Shown here one piece after another: positions 23,946 through 36,300 of a stretch of DNA of 64,000 bases. The notes under the pieces are model-generated. The model was not told the DNA's origin. It saw only the letters and a list, made by a program, of their open reading frames with translations, and did no database searches. Position 1 is the stretch's first letter. Each line of letters opens with the position of its first letter. Where the stretch lies: the NCBI GenBank assembly GCA_043228905.1, contig JBHGNT010000006.1, positions 9,238,001 to 9,302,000 on the forward strand, read 5' to 3'. A program made the position numbers and the translations under genes. This DNA comes from Azolla caroliniana (lineage: Eukaryota > Plantae > Polypodiophyta).

Positions 23946-26409
23946 AACGTGCACAACATAGCAACTAAGCAACCGATCGAAGACGACCAAAGGAGTAGTG
24001 ATTCCATCACCAACTTGGCCAATCCTAAGATGGGCACGTCTCAACTAATTATGGACAAACCCCACAGTTTGATTCCATGCCAACTCAACTGAGAAGGGCC
24101 AAAATCAAAGTTTACAGAATAAGGTGGATCTGGCCCTATGTGAGGAGATTCCATCTTTAAATTCAAATGAGGAAGCACAAGATGTTGGAACTGTTCACAT
24201 TGGATTTGGGAAAGCAACAAGATCACAAAACATAATAAGTGGTAATAAGTTAGTAAGGTATGCCAAAGTGTTTTGGATTTGTTCATTTTGTTCACCAAAT
24301 ATGGCAAGTATTAATGGTTTGTGATACTTGTAATTTTGGCCTAAAAGATAGGTTCCAACTTGCATGTTGAAGGTTGGATCTGTTGGTCTACGTGGGTGAT
24401 GTTGATTTGCGATCATTGTGCAAAGCGGGGGAGATGGCATCCACCCGGATGATGTCAAGCGTATTCAACATGTGGATGGAATATACGCAACCCTAAGAGG
24501 TTTGCAGTTGGTATTGGATTGTCGATCCACTTTGGGTGCAACTTGTCATTCAAAGAAACAAGGTGGATCATATCCTAGGACGTGTGCGAAAGCAGGATTA
24601 TGTATTCTCACCCAGAGTGCTTGCTGGTCATTGGGTGCTTTGGATGAAGATTCTCAATAGTCAAACCAATTTGGATGCACACAAGGTGACCAACTAGGTA
24701 GTATTTTGGCAATCCATTGAATGAGATGGTTGCAAGGGAGGTCTCAAGCACACTTGGAGACCATTGCATCATACCGAAGAACCAACATCACGACCTCCGC
24801 ATCCCACCTCACCCAAATGTGCCGACTATGGATATTATGTGATGCATATGATTCGGAGGCTAGTGGAGGAGTTCATACAAGGCTTGAGATCTCTCCAGAT
24901 TTTGTAAGTGTCTTTCATGTTCTGATTGTGTACAAATAGTCTTCGTAAGTTGGTTCTTATAATTGTTGTTTGATAAGGGTTTGAGCACTAGTTTGGACAT
25001 GAAGACATGGAGCTTCTTCAGATGACTTGGGCAAGTCTTGTTTTGGGCCGATAGATTTCATAAGTTTTGGAATTTTGCCATTACATTTTGCATATTCCAA
25101 TTTTGTAAATTTTGATTGAACTGGAGCATATGTTAACTACCCCATGTCAACTAGTAGCCAGACTTGAAGACATTTGTGAGTAACCCGGCTCAATGTAGTA
25201 GCCTGATTCAAAGTCATTAATGAGTAGCCTAGCTCATGTAGTAGCCCGACTTGAAGACACCAATGAGTAGCCCGACCCAATGTAGTAGCTTAATGAGAAC
25301 CCCAATCAAAATGACAAAAGTCAAGCCAACTACATGTGATGATCACATTTCAACGATCATAAGCGATAATTCAGCCATTCTTTTTCCATCATAAATGATC
25401 ATTAAAGGTAGTCAGCTTCATATTTGATCATTTTGCAATCATTTTTCCCTCAATTTTCGTTATAAACTCAACTTTCTACTTTTTGTCATTTTCATAAGTG
25501 CTAGCAATTTCATACACTTACCTATAATTTGTGATCATGTAGGGAGACGTTGATTTCATATTTGTCATGTCGGAAGACAAAATAGAGGAAATATCTCTAT
25601 ATTCCACAATTTCAATTACATTTGCTCAAGACAACAAGTTTGGAGCATCCGAAACCGAGGACAACGTAGATCCCTTGATGTATTGTTTCCCCCGTGTATT
25701 TTGCATTCAATCGAGATACACATGAATTGATGGTTAAAGATTTATTAGGAATAATTAAGCTCATGATTGAATGATTTATAGATATCGCAAAGGGTGCACC
25801 TCTTAATCTTAACTCATGGAGGCACATGAAGAGTCGACTCATGCTAGGAAATAAGAGGCAATTTACCTTACGGTGCCACCTAATCTTCAAGAAGTTACAT
25901 AGAGCAATGAAGAGAGATAGTGGGAAATAAATTTGCACTCAATATGGGGCGCATCGCATCACCCACTCCCACAGACTCTTAAAGAGTTAAAAAAACATTG
26001 GGCGTTGGATCTTCGTGATCATGGAATTGCTTGTGCATGCATAAAAGCATGAATTGACCAATGTTGTTGCCAATTAATACAAAACGCAACAACAAATAAC
26101 ATATATGGGAATGAGTGTAAGTAAATATAATAAGACTAAACCTGCATAAGTGATCGAGGTAGAAGCATGTAAGTTACACGATACTCTCGTGGATGTTCAA
26201 ATCAAGAATAGCACATGTTTGCATAAAGCGGTTTGAAACGATGAATTATTGCAAAGATGACTAATTTGATGTTGGGTGTGCAAGGCATGTTGCCAAAATG
26301 AGCCGATCAAAAGAACTAGTGCAGAAATCTACGACTAGTTCATTAGAGCAAAGTTTCTCTTAGATTCTTTCTGATACCAATGGAGGTGCATAATATGGTC
26401 AACAAGTTG

Positions 26410-26587
26410 TCTTGAGAATCGAACTCAACTTCCCATAGGAATAGTGTTCACACTAGTCGGTGGACAACTTACTAGCCTGACATTTTTGTAATTAGTAGAA
26501 AGGGCATTTGCCCTAGACTAGTTGGTATTTAAACCAACCTTTTGTAACTTAGTTATTGTTGGATGTAATATACAGTTTCTTGTTTAG

Positions 26588-26641
<54 letters not shown>

Positions 26642-26699
26642 CACACACACACACACACACAGTCCTTCCGCTGCACAAAATCACCCTCAATTCTTTACA
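26410..26699 (+). repeat. 5' LTR of copia D
   Basis: Direct repeat of 31017-31285. Confidence 0.93.
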
Positions 26700-26835
26700 T
26701 GGTATCAGAGAGCGTGGTAGGTTGATCCAAGCCCATCACCTTTGCATGTGTTGTGCTCAAGCTCGTAGAGAACCAACTGATCATTGTAGCAATGATTTCT
26801 GCACAACTTGCATCAAGAGTAGAAGAAGTTCGACA

Positions 26836-29800
26836 ATGAACACCCAGATGGGAAGCGCTCTTCCCACCGAGAAGCTCGATAGAACAAACTTCGTATCTTG
26901 GGAGTACAAGATGCATCAGCAACTTGTCGGACAAGGTTAATGGAGCTATATCGAGGGAGCTCACGAAACGAAACGAAACCCAACACACGTTGACTACCTA
27001 GCGTGGGAGCAGGCCGTGAGCCGTGTGTTGTATTGCCTTGCATCATGCGTCCATGACCACATGCTCGGCTATATTCGAGAGTCTAAAACACTGAAAGAAG
27101 CTTGGGGAAATCTCAAGAAGATCTTTGCGGCCAATACGGCTGCACGAAAGCCAGCTTCGACAGGAACGAAACAACAGAGGCATATGTCGATCATTGGATA
27201 TACCTTGAAGATCAAGGAATTGTGTGATGCCCTCGGATCGATCAATGTTATCATCGACGATGACGAAATGGTGCAAATATGCCTCGGCGGCTTAGCACCA
27301 CGATTCGGCACGATCAGATCAGCCATTCTCGCAAGGGAGAACCCACCTTCCTTTTTTGACCTTCAATCAATATTATTGGTGGAAGAAAACCATGCTCGAC
27401 AAAGGAGCAATGCATCGGATGGTCAGATGCTCTACTCACAATCGGACGATAGAAGAGGATTCAACCAAGGAAATAGAGGTCGATTTGGCCGAGGGCAACA
27501 GGGTCATTCGACCCGAGAACGCAACTCTCACCAGTGGCAAGATGACATGAACAATCCTAGAGAGTTCGGTAGAAGGGGGAACCACCCCGCCGGACCGAGC
27601 AATCGTAACAACTTGATCAAATGCGGGTATTGTGGAAAACACGAACATTATGAAAAGGAGTGCTGAAAAATGATACGAGATTCGGCTTCGACTAGCCGAC
27701 AACTCACGAACTACGCTTCAAATTCTGACTACGACGATCGTGGCGGGATGTTCGTAATGAGGCATGAAGCACATTCGATGTCGGCACAGGCCCCGACTAG
27801 CACCTCTTCTTCAGATAGCATATGGTGTGTCGACTCGAGAGCATCCAATCACATGATGTCCCATGAAGATTGGTTCCGAGAATTACGAAAGCCCGATCGA
27901 CCCGGCTATGTCGAAACCGGAGATGATACGACTCACCCAATTCGACATGTCGAAAATGTTCCATTCAGAAATGACGGTAAACAAACCTACCTCAAGAACT
28001 TCTTGCATGTCCCAACCATCACAAAAAGCCTAGTCTCGGTCGGCCAGATTGTCGAACAAGGTATGCAAGTATGATTCAATAATGAAGGGTGCTTCATCGA
28101 AAAGGACGAGCAAATCATAGTGCATGGTCGCTGAGAAGGCCGAATGTTCATCCTCGAATCAGAGGAGGTGAAATCGACTATGTTCGCAAAAGGCCTCAAA
28201 GTGGAAACAGACTTGAAACTGTGGCACAAGAGAATCGAACACATCAATCTCCAAAAGCTCTAGAACATGCAGTCAAAAGTAGTCGTAATCAAACTCCCGA
28301 CATTTAATGAGAAAGAGATTACGAGCATATGTGAGGCGTGCCAATTCGGAAAACAACACCGACATCCATTCCCAAAAGGGAGGAATGTGAGTAAAGGGAT
28401 CGTAGATGCAGTACATTTAGATGTGTGGGGACCAGCCCAGACCGCAACATTCGGAGGTTGTCACGACTATGTCACGTTCATCGACAACTTCTCCAGGCAC
28501 ACCTGGATCTACCCTATGCGGCAGAAGAGTGAAGTGTTTGAACACTTCCAAAAGTTCAAAAATGAAGTCGAAAAAGGCATGGGTCAGTACGTACGATGCC
28601 TTCGATCTTATGAAGGAAAGGAGTATTTCTCGGACGAATTTACGGCGTATCTCCGAAAGGAAGGAATTCGACGAGAATTCTCATGTCGACATACACCTCA
28701 CCAAAATGGTGTAGCCAAACGGAAGAATCAGCACATAGTAGAGGTTGCATGGGCAATGATGAATGAGAAGAACTTGCCAAAATCATATTGGGCAGAAGCG
28801 CCGAACACATCCGTATATCTCATGAACATGTGTACAACCTTTGGGGTACACAATGTGACCCCTCATGAGAGGTTTAGGGTTTATCACATGTGCGTATTTT
28901 CAGCTCAATAGTCTATGTGCATATTCCCGACGAGACGCGACAAAAGCTCGACCTGAAGTCAGAGAAATGTATCCTCGTAGGGTACTCACTTGGACAAAAG
29001 GAGTACAAATGCTACAACCCATCTACCCGAAAAGCTCAAGTGAGTCGAGACATCATTTTCAATGAATCGACATCCTGGTACAATCCTGAGACGACTCTGA
29101 TTTCTACTCCAATCGACTCAGAATTTGCCGAACAAGAGATACAAGAAGAAGATCAACTCAGACTCACATACGAAGACGACCCACAAATGACAAGGCTAAG
29201 TGGACCATTATCATTATGCCTTTATGATAAAGATAGCAATTTTCCGAGAGCCAGAAACATTTTCCGAAGCCGTGAAGGACCCGCGATGGGTCGATGCGAT
29301 GAATGAAGAAATGCAGGCCTTGTGCAAAAACGAGACATGGGACCTTGTTCCCCATTCACCTCACAGGAAAGTGATAGGTAGTAGATGGATCTATAAGGTC
29401 AAATGCAACCCCGATGGCTCAGTAAATCACTTCAAAGCACGACTTGTCGCAAAAGGATACGCTCAAACACACGGAGTTGATTACGAGGAGACCTTTGCCC
29501 CGGTGGCAAAGATGACGATTGTTCAGACAATCATAGCTCTCGCAACTACAAAAGGGTGGCACCTCCACTAGATGGACGTAAAGAATGCCTTTCTACAAGA
29601 TGAATTAGAAGAGGTGTACATGATACAACCACCTGGCATCAAATCACGTACTCACCCGAAAGTCGTGTGCCGACTCAAGAAGCCACTCTACGGCCTTAAG
29701 CAAGCACCGTGTGCTTGGCATTCAAAGATAACGCATTATCTTCATCAAATCGGTTTTCGAATGTCGAAATTCGACAACTCCCTCTACATCCGAAACGAGC

Positions 29801-30819
29801 CGAACAATCCGATTGTCATGATCCTGTACATGGATGATCTGGTCATCGGAGGAAAGGATCTTGTCGGGATCAATAAGGTCAAATCACCCCTATACGGCAG
29901 GTTCAAAATGAAAGACCTACACGAGCTCCACTACTTCCTCAATGTCGAAGTAATTCGGCCACCAGTCGGGATATTGATCTCTCAATGACACTATGTTCTC
30001 AACTTACTCTACAAGTTCAGAATGACCGAGTGCAAACCTGTGTCTACCCCTCTCGACCGAAATCTCAAACTCGATGTCGATTCGGGAACCGAAGACTACG
30101 AGCCGACTCAGTATCGTCAACTGATCAGTGGCCTCATCTACCTAACCATCACAGGACCCGACCTCAGCTATACGGTCGGCCTACTTAGCCAATTCATGCA
30201 GAATCTTCAAAATGTTCATCTCGATTGCGCTAAGAGGGTACGCACGTACGTCCGTGGGACGATGGATTTCGGCATCACATACAAGTCGGATACGATCATC
30301 CAGCTCGAAGGGTACACGGACGCAGACTAGGCTAGCTATAAGGCCGATAGACGATCGACTTCCGGATTCGTCTTCTCCCTCGATAGTGGAGCGATCTCCT
30401 GGAGAAACAAGAAGCACCCGACAGTCGCATTATCGAGCACGAAGGCCGAATACAGGGGCGCAACAGTCCCCGCGTGCGAAGCTATATGGCTCAAATGCAT
30501 CTTGAAGGACCTGGGTGTTCCCATCACGAATCCAATTCGCCTCTTCTGTGACAACATGAGCAGCATCTATCTCGCTTGGAACCTAGTATTCCACACATGG
30601 ACTAAACACATCGAAGTGCACTATCACTTTATTCGCGAATGCATTCAATCTGGTGATATCGATTTACAACATATCAGGACGAACCTTTAGGTTGTTGATA
30701 TCTTTACGAAGGCCCGAGGTATCGACAAGTTGCGACAGCTTGCGATGAACCTTGGTCTCTCAATCACCGACCAGTCGCTCTTGAGGGGGAGTATAGTAGC
30801 AGCCGATGTCGAACAGTAA
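26836..30819 (+). pseudogene. Copia D gag-pol with many stops and frameshifts
   Basis: Starts MNTQMGSALPTEKLDR as in A; CGYCGKHEHYEKEC knuckle, HLDVWGP integrase, LYMDD RT, RNase H motifs. Confidence 0.93.
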
Positions 30820-31016
30820 CCAATAAATCGATCGATGCCGACTAGAGGAGTTGAAGTACGAACAAACAATCGAACAATTGAACATAGAAAATCGGACAAT
30901 CGAAATCGTAAGCCGTGTCGGAAACCAAAATCGAAGCTGATTCAACCGAATCAAAGTATTTCGAAGACCAAACCAAAACAATCTTTTGACATCCGAAAGT
31001 TGTGTTCGAAGGGGCA

Positions 31017-31285
31017 TGTTGAGAATCGAACTCAACTTCCCATAGGAATAGTGTTCACACTAGTCGGTGGACAACTTACAAGGACATTTTTGTAATTAGT
31101 AGAAATGGCATTTGCCCTAGACTAGTTGGTATTTAAACCAACCTTTTGTAACTTAGTTACTGTTGGATGTAATATACAATTTCTTGTTTAGATCTCTCAC
31201 TTTGTCTCTCTCTCATTCTCTCTTGTGCACATACATGCACACACGGAGTCCTTCCGGTGCAAAGAATCACCCTCGATTCTTTACA
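31017..31285 (+). repeat. 3' LTR of copia D
   Basis: TGTTGAGAATC...GATTCTTTACA. Confidence 0.93.
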
Positions 31286-32347
31286 AGTTGAAAATAGGAA
31301 GTGCATTGTTAGAAGATGATTGCTCTTCGATGATGCAAGATGCCTTGAGATCTAGCAAAAGTCGCTCATGTCCAACCAAACTTGCCTAGTCCAAATGGAT
31401 CTCTAGCTTGACATCCATTTATCTTAATACTTCAAAATAAATGGATGTTAGAAATGTGTGTGTGAGCAATTGTCCTAAACAACTCTCAGGTTATCGAGTG
31501 CCCAAGAGTTTTTTTGGGGTTTCCAGAGTTCGAAATCATACACTAGAATCACTTCAATGGCTCGAGCAAAGATCAAGATCCATGTACAAGCATGTGGTTG
31601 AGGAATTTCGGCAATAAATGACATATCTGTGACAAAAGTGGTTCTATTTACTTTGGTGTCTCCGAAATTTGAAAGGTTAGATTATTATGGTTTTGTAGAA
31701 TATGTGTGATCTTAGAAGCTTTTCCTGACTGAACTTTTGTGGCATTTTAAGTTTCATGGTGGTTGAAAAATTGTGGCTTTGAACTTTTGTTGCTCAAATT
31801 TTAAATGTGGATGAAATCTGAAACAGAATGGTGTTTGGAATGATCATTGACTTTTTGTTTTCCAAATTCCATTCAGTGATGGGTTGCGCTAGTTTTAACT
31901 TTCATGGTGTATGAACTTTGAAGTTTTTTGAAGTTTTTGAGCTTAGCACAAAAATTTCAGCCAAATTACTCAAGGTTACTCAAATAAGTTGGGTTACCCT
32001 TGACAAAGTCGGTTTACTTGGGTTACCCAAAAGAGTCGGGTTATGAGTGACAATAGAAGAGAACATAGTGGGGTTATTGGTGACAGAGGTTAGTCAGAGC
32101 CAGGTTACTAGCAAGTCACGCGTTTTCATTTTTGGAAAAAGATCAGACGGTGCAAATTGCACGTGCCCGCCCTTGAAAACGCATCTTGCACCATCCGTGG
32201 TGGCCATGATTCCCTCACTCAACTCACCAGGCCACTTCATGATTTGGGTGCAAATAGTGAGGAGCTCTCTCTTTATGATATAATTTGGCAGCAAACAGTG
32301 AACACATCCTCATATGTATACATAATACATATTGACCCATGAAGGAT

Positions 32348-32396
<49 letters not shown>

Positions 32397-32401
<5 letters not shown>

Positions 32402-33126
32402 AAATAATGGCTTTCATTACGAAAGAAAAAACACCACCATGACTAACTTACAACAAACTATAGAACCCCTTCTATCTAGGGATCTAAAGAAAACTACGAC
32501 ACCAAACTCAACGCCGCCACCCTACACACCAATTCAAATGGCGAATATGATGATATGTGACCTTGCAGAGTTCTCTCTCTTCCTAGTTGAGATTTTATGA
32601 CTTCTCTAGCACTGTCAATTGCCACAAAAGAAGTCCTTTTAACTTTAGAACATATTTTCTCACCGCAACTTGCGAATAAAAAATGAAGGCATTCCGCATA
32701 TTCCAATTGAACCATAGCCCCCAATACCTCAAGAACTCAAAAATAATTTGAAAATGAGGCATCGGTTCATTGTTCTCCATATGTGCAAAAACCCAACTGA
32801 AGGAAGATAGACTTACTCCTGTTAGAGACATCCATACTAAACTGATACACCTCCAAACCATCCTTGCCATCAAGCATGAAATAAATCGATGTCTACTATG
32901 TTCCAATTCCACCGAACAAAAGAAACACAATCCTTTAGTAATGTTTCTTCTTTTTAATGCATCCCCTAATGGTAAAGCTCCAACCATAACTCTCCAAATA
33001 AATACCTTGGCTCGTAGCATCAATCGAGAACACCAACCTGCCTTGATCACATGAAACCACCAAGTAATGGGCTTATGAAAACCCCATATCTTTATAACCC
33101 TTTCTTCCAACCACTTATGTTTGTCA

Positions 33127-33130
<4 letters not shown>
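32397..33130 (-). mobile_element. 5'-truncated non-LTR retrotransposon (L1/Tx1-type) fragment: zf-RVT C-terminus and 3' UTR
   Basis: Minus-strand ORF RAKVFIWRVMVGALPLG...CFFC...EHSRHRFISC...W matches the zf-RVT pattern; flanked by (TC)n at 32351-32396 and 33131-33176. Confidence 0.8.
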
Positions 33131-33179
<49 letters not shown>

Positions 33180-33309
33180 TGCATGAGAGACAGTGAATGT
33201 TTGACTGTCAAGAAACGGCAACCCTGTTTCCCACCGTTTCCTTCCTTCCATCCATTCTTCTTCTTCCTACTCTTTCTTTCTTCCTTCCTTTCTTCTTCTT
33301 CTTCTTCAT

Positions 33310-36300
33310 ATGACCTTCAATCCTACATTCTCTTCTTCCCCCTCCTCCTGCAACGCCCTTATCAGACACTATGCTCGATCAGGAAACGTCAAGAAAGCCC
33401 TCCTCCTCTTCGATCAGTTTCTCTGCAAAAAGCCATTCTTCCCAGATAAGTTCACCTTCGTTAACATTCTCTCTGTTTGCTGTAAACAGAAACTTATAAA
33501 GCTAGGAAAATGTATACACGCTATAGCTGTGATCATGAACCTTGAGTCTGACATAATGCTAACAACGTCTATAGTTAATATGTATGGAAAATGTGGTCAC
33601 CTTGAAGATGCTCAAAAGCCTTTTGAAGATTTAAATATAAAAGATTTGATTTCATGGAATGCTATGATAGCAACATATGCAAAGTATGGATATGAAACTC
33701 AATGCTTTCAATTGTTTCATGAAATGCATCAGAATTGCCTGTTTGCTGACAAATTCACGTTTGTCAGCATGCTTTCCGCATGTGGAAATGTGGATAATTT
33801 GAGACATGGCCAGTATATGCATGTGATTCTTAGTCATGTTTGTCATGAAGAGGAGGTTATAATAGGTACTGCGTTACTTGATATGTATAGTAAATGTTGC
33901 AGCATTGAGGATGCTAAAAAGGTATTTGACTTAATGAATAATCGAGATATAACTTCATGGAATGCCATGATCTCGGGTTACTCTCACTCTTGTTGTACAC
34001 AAGATGCCTTCTATCTTTTCTATGAAATGATGTTGAAAGGAATAGTTCCAAATAAGGTGACTTTTGTTTGTCTTGTTGATGTATGCAGCATCTCAAAATC
34101 TTTACTTCAGGCTTGGGAAATTCATTCACATCTCATAGAAGAAGGTTTTGAGATGGATGTTGTTCTTGGAAGTTCTCTTGTCAATATGTACTGCAAATGT
34201 TATAGTCTGAATGATGCTCATAGAACATTTGACATCTTACCTGAACACAACTTGATCTCCTGGAATTCCATAATTGCAGGATGTGTGGCTAATCAGCATG
34301 AAGAAGAAGCTTTCAAGATCTTTGGTGCCATGAGAAGTGAAGGTATTATTAATCCAGATAGTGTCACCTATACTACACTTCTTGAAGCTTGTGCTAAGCT
34401 TGAAACTTTCTGTGAGGGTGAGCAAATCTTCAATTTAGCATTACAAAATGGGCTAGGGATTGATAGCTCAGTGGCAGCGTCTGCTATTAAACTCTATGGA
34501 AAGTGTGGCAAATTGGAGAAATCATTTACTGTATTTGAAAAGATTCCTCGAAAGAGTACAGAGGTATGGAATGCAATGCTTGCAGTATACGCTCAACATG
34601 GTCTTCTTAAAGAGTCATGTGAACTCTTTCACGTAATGTATACATCAGGAGAACACCCGAACAATTTCAGCTTTATTGATGTGCTAACTGCCTGTGGGAG
34701 ACAAAGATGTGTTCGAGAAGGCAAATGGATACATCTTAACACTGTGTTGCATGCCTTTGATAAAGATATTTTTGTTTTAAATGCACTTATTGACATGTAT
34801 GGAAAATGCTGCAGCTTAGAAGATGCTTGTGCTTTGTTTGATGGAATGTTAAAAAGAAATTCAGTGACATGGACTATCATGCTTTCAGCATATATCCATT
34901 CTGGGCATGAGACAGATGCAATTCAACTTTTCCGCCTAATGAAGAAAAAAAACGTTTACCTAGATATTGTAACTTTTGTACATATTCTTGATGCGTGCAC
35001 AAACCTTGAAGTCCTATCTGAAGGCCAGAATATTCATACAGGCATCATGTTTAGGGGATTTGACTCAGATATTTTTCTCGTTAATGCACTTATCAATATG
35101 TATGCCAAATGTAGGATTTTTGATGATTCGACATGGGTATTTGAAAATATGCATTATCGAGATATAGTCTCGTGGAACACCATTATCTCAGCGTATGCTC
35201 AACAAAGCAAACTAGTAGAAATATTAAAATGTTTTAATCAGATGACATTGGAGAAAATAATCCCAGATGAGTTCACGTATGTGAGCATGCTTGGAGCATG
35301 TGCTAGCCCAGAAAATTTCAGCGAAGGTAAGCTGATTCATGATTATGTTATTTCCAGTAGTTTAGAATTGAGTCAAGCTGTGGTTTCTAACCTTATAAAT
35401 ATGTATGGAAAATGTGGGAGTCTGAAAGAGGCTGAGATGTTGTTTAATGAAATGCTTGAACGAAATGGAGTATCTTGGAATGCCATGATTCAAGCATATA
35501 CTGATCAAGGCAAAAACCTTGAAGCACTTAAGCTATTTGAACAGATGCAGGTTGAAGGAAATATTCTGGATGGGTATTTGTCTCTGTGCATTCTTGATGC
35601 TTGTGCATCGATGAGTATGCTTGCCCATGCCAAGAAACTTCATACATGCATTAACAGTGCTGGATTAACAACAGATACTATAGTCTCCACTGCTCTCATT
35701 AGCATGTATGGTAGATGTTGCAGCTTGGTAGATGCTTCTGCAGTATTTGATACGATATATGAAAATGACACAGTTTCTTGGAATACAATGATTGGGGTGA
35801 TTTTGCAGAGTGGGAATTATCATCAGGTCCTTCAACTCTTTCAGCAGATGCTAGGGACATCAGTCATGCCTAATAATGGAACTGTTGTGACTGTTCTGCA
35901 AATGGTTGGAAGATACATGAGATTATCAGATGGTAAGCAAATGCATGCACGTCTTGTTCATAGTGACTTGTTGATTAACTCAGTAGTTTGCAATTCACTT
36001 CTTAGTATGTATGCCGGTTGCAGAAGTACTGTAGATGCAGAAACGGTATTTGATCAAATGACAAATCGAGACGTGGTCTCATGGAATACGATTATCAAAA
36101 TGCATATCCGTTCAGGATATGACTTGCAAGCTATCCAAATGTGGTCACAAATGAAAACAGAAGGATTTCTCCCAGACAATGTAACATATATTAGTATTCT
36201 GGAGGCATGTGGCAATCTTGGTGCCATTGTGCTGGGAAATTATATCAGTAGCTGTATTATACTGAGTAAATTATTAGATAAAACTGTGTATAATGCTGTT

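Larger units (their letters stand above)
26410..31285 (+). mobile_element. Ty1/copia element D (same lineage as A, degenerate, both ends present)
   Basis: LTRs at 26410-26699 (initial TG mutated to TC) and 31017-31285; TSD AGTTG at 26405-26409 and 31286-31290; PBS TGGTATCAGAG at 26700; PPT GAAGGGGCA before 31017. Confidence 0.95.

Noticed and set aside
24100-25100. Short ORFs that might be retroelement pol remnants
   Set aside because: No diagnostic motif recognisable; left unannotated.
26369-26379. Minus-strand PBS-like TGGTATCAGAA
   Set aside because: No paired LTR or recognisable gag found next to it, so no element was called.
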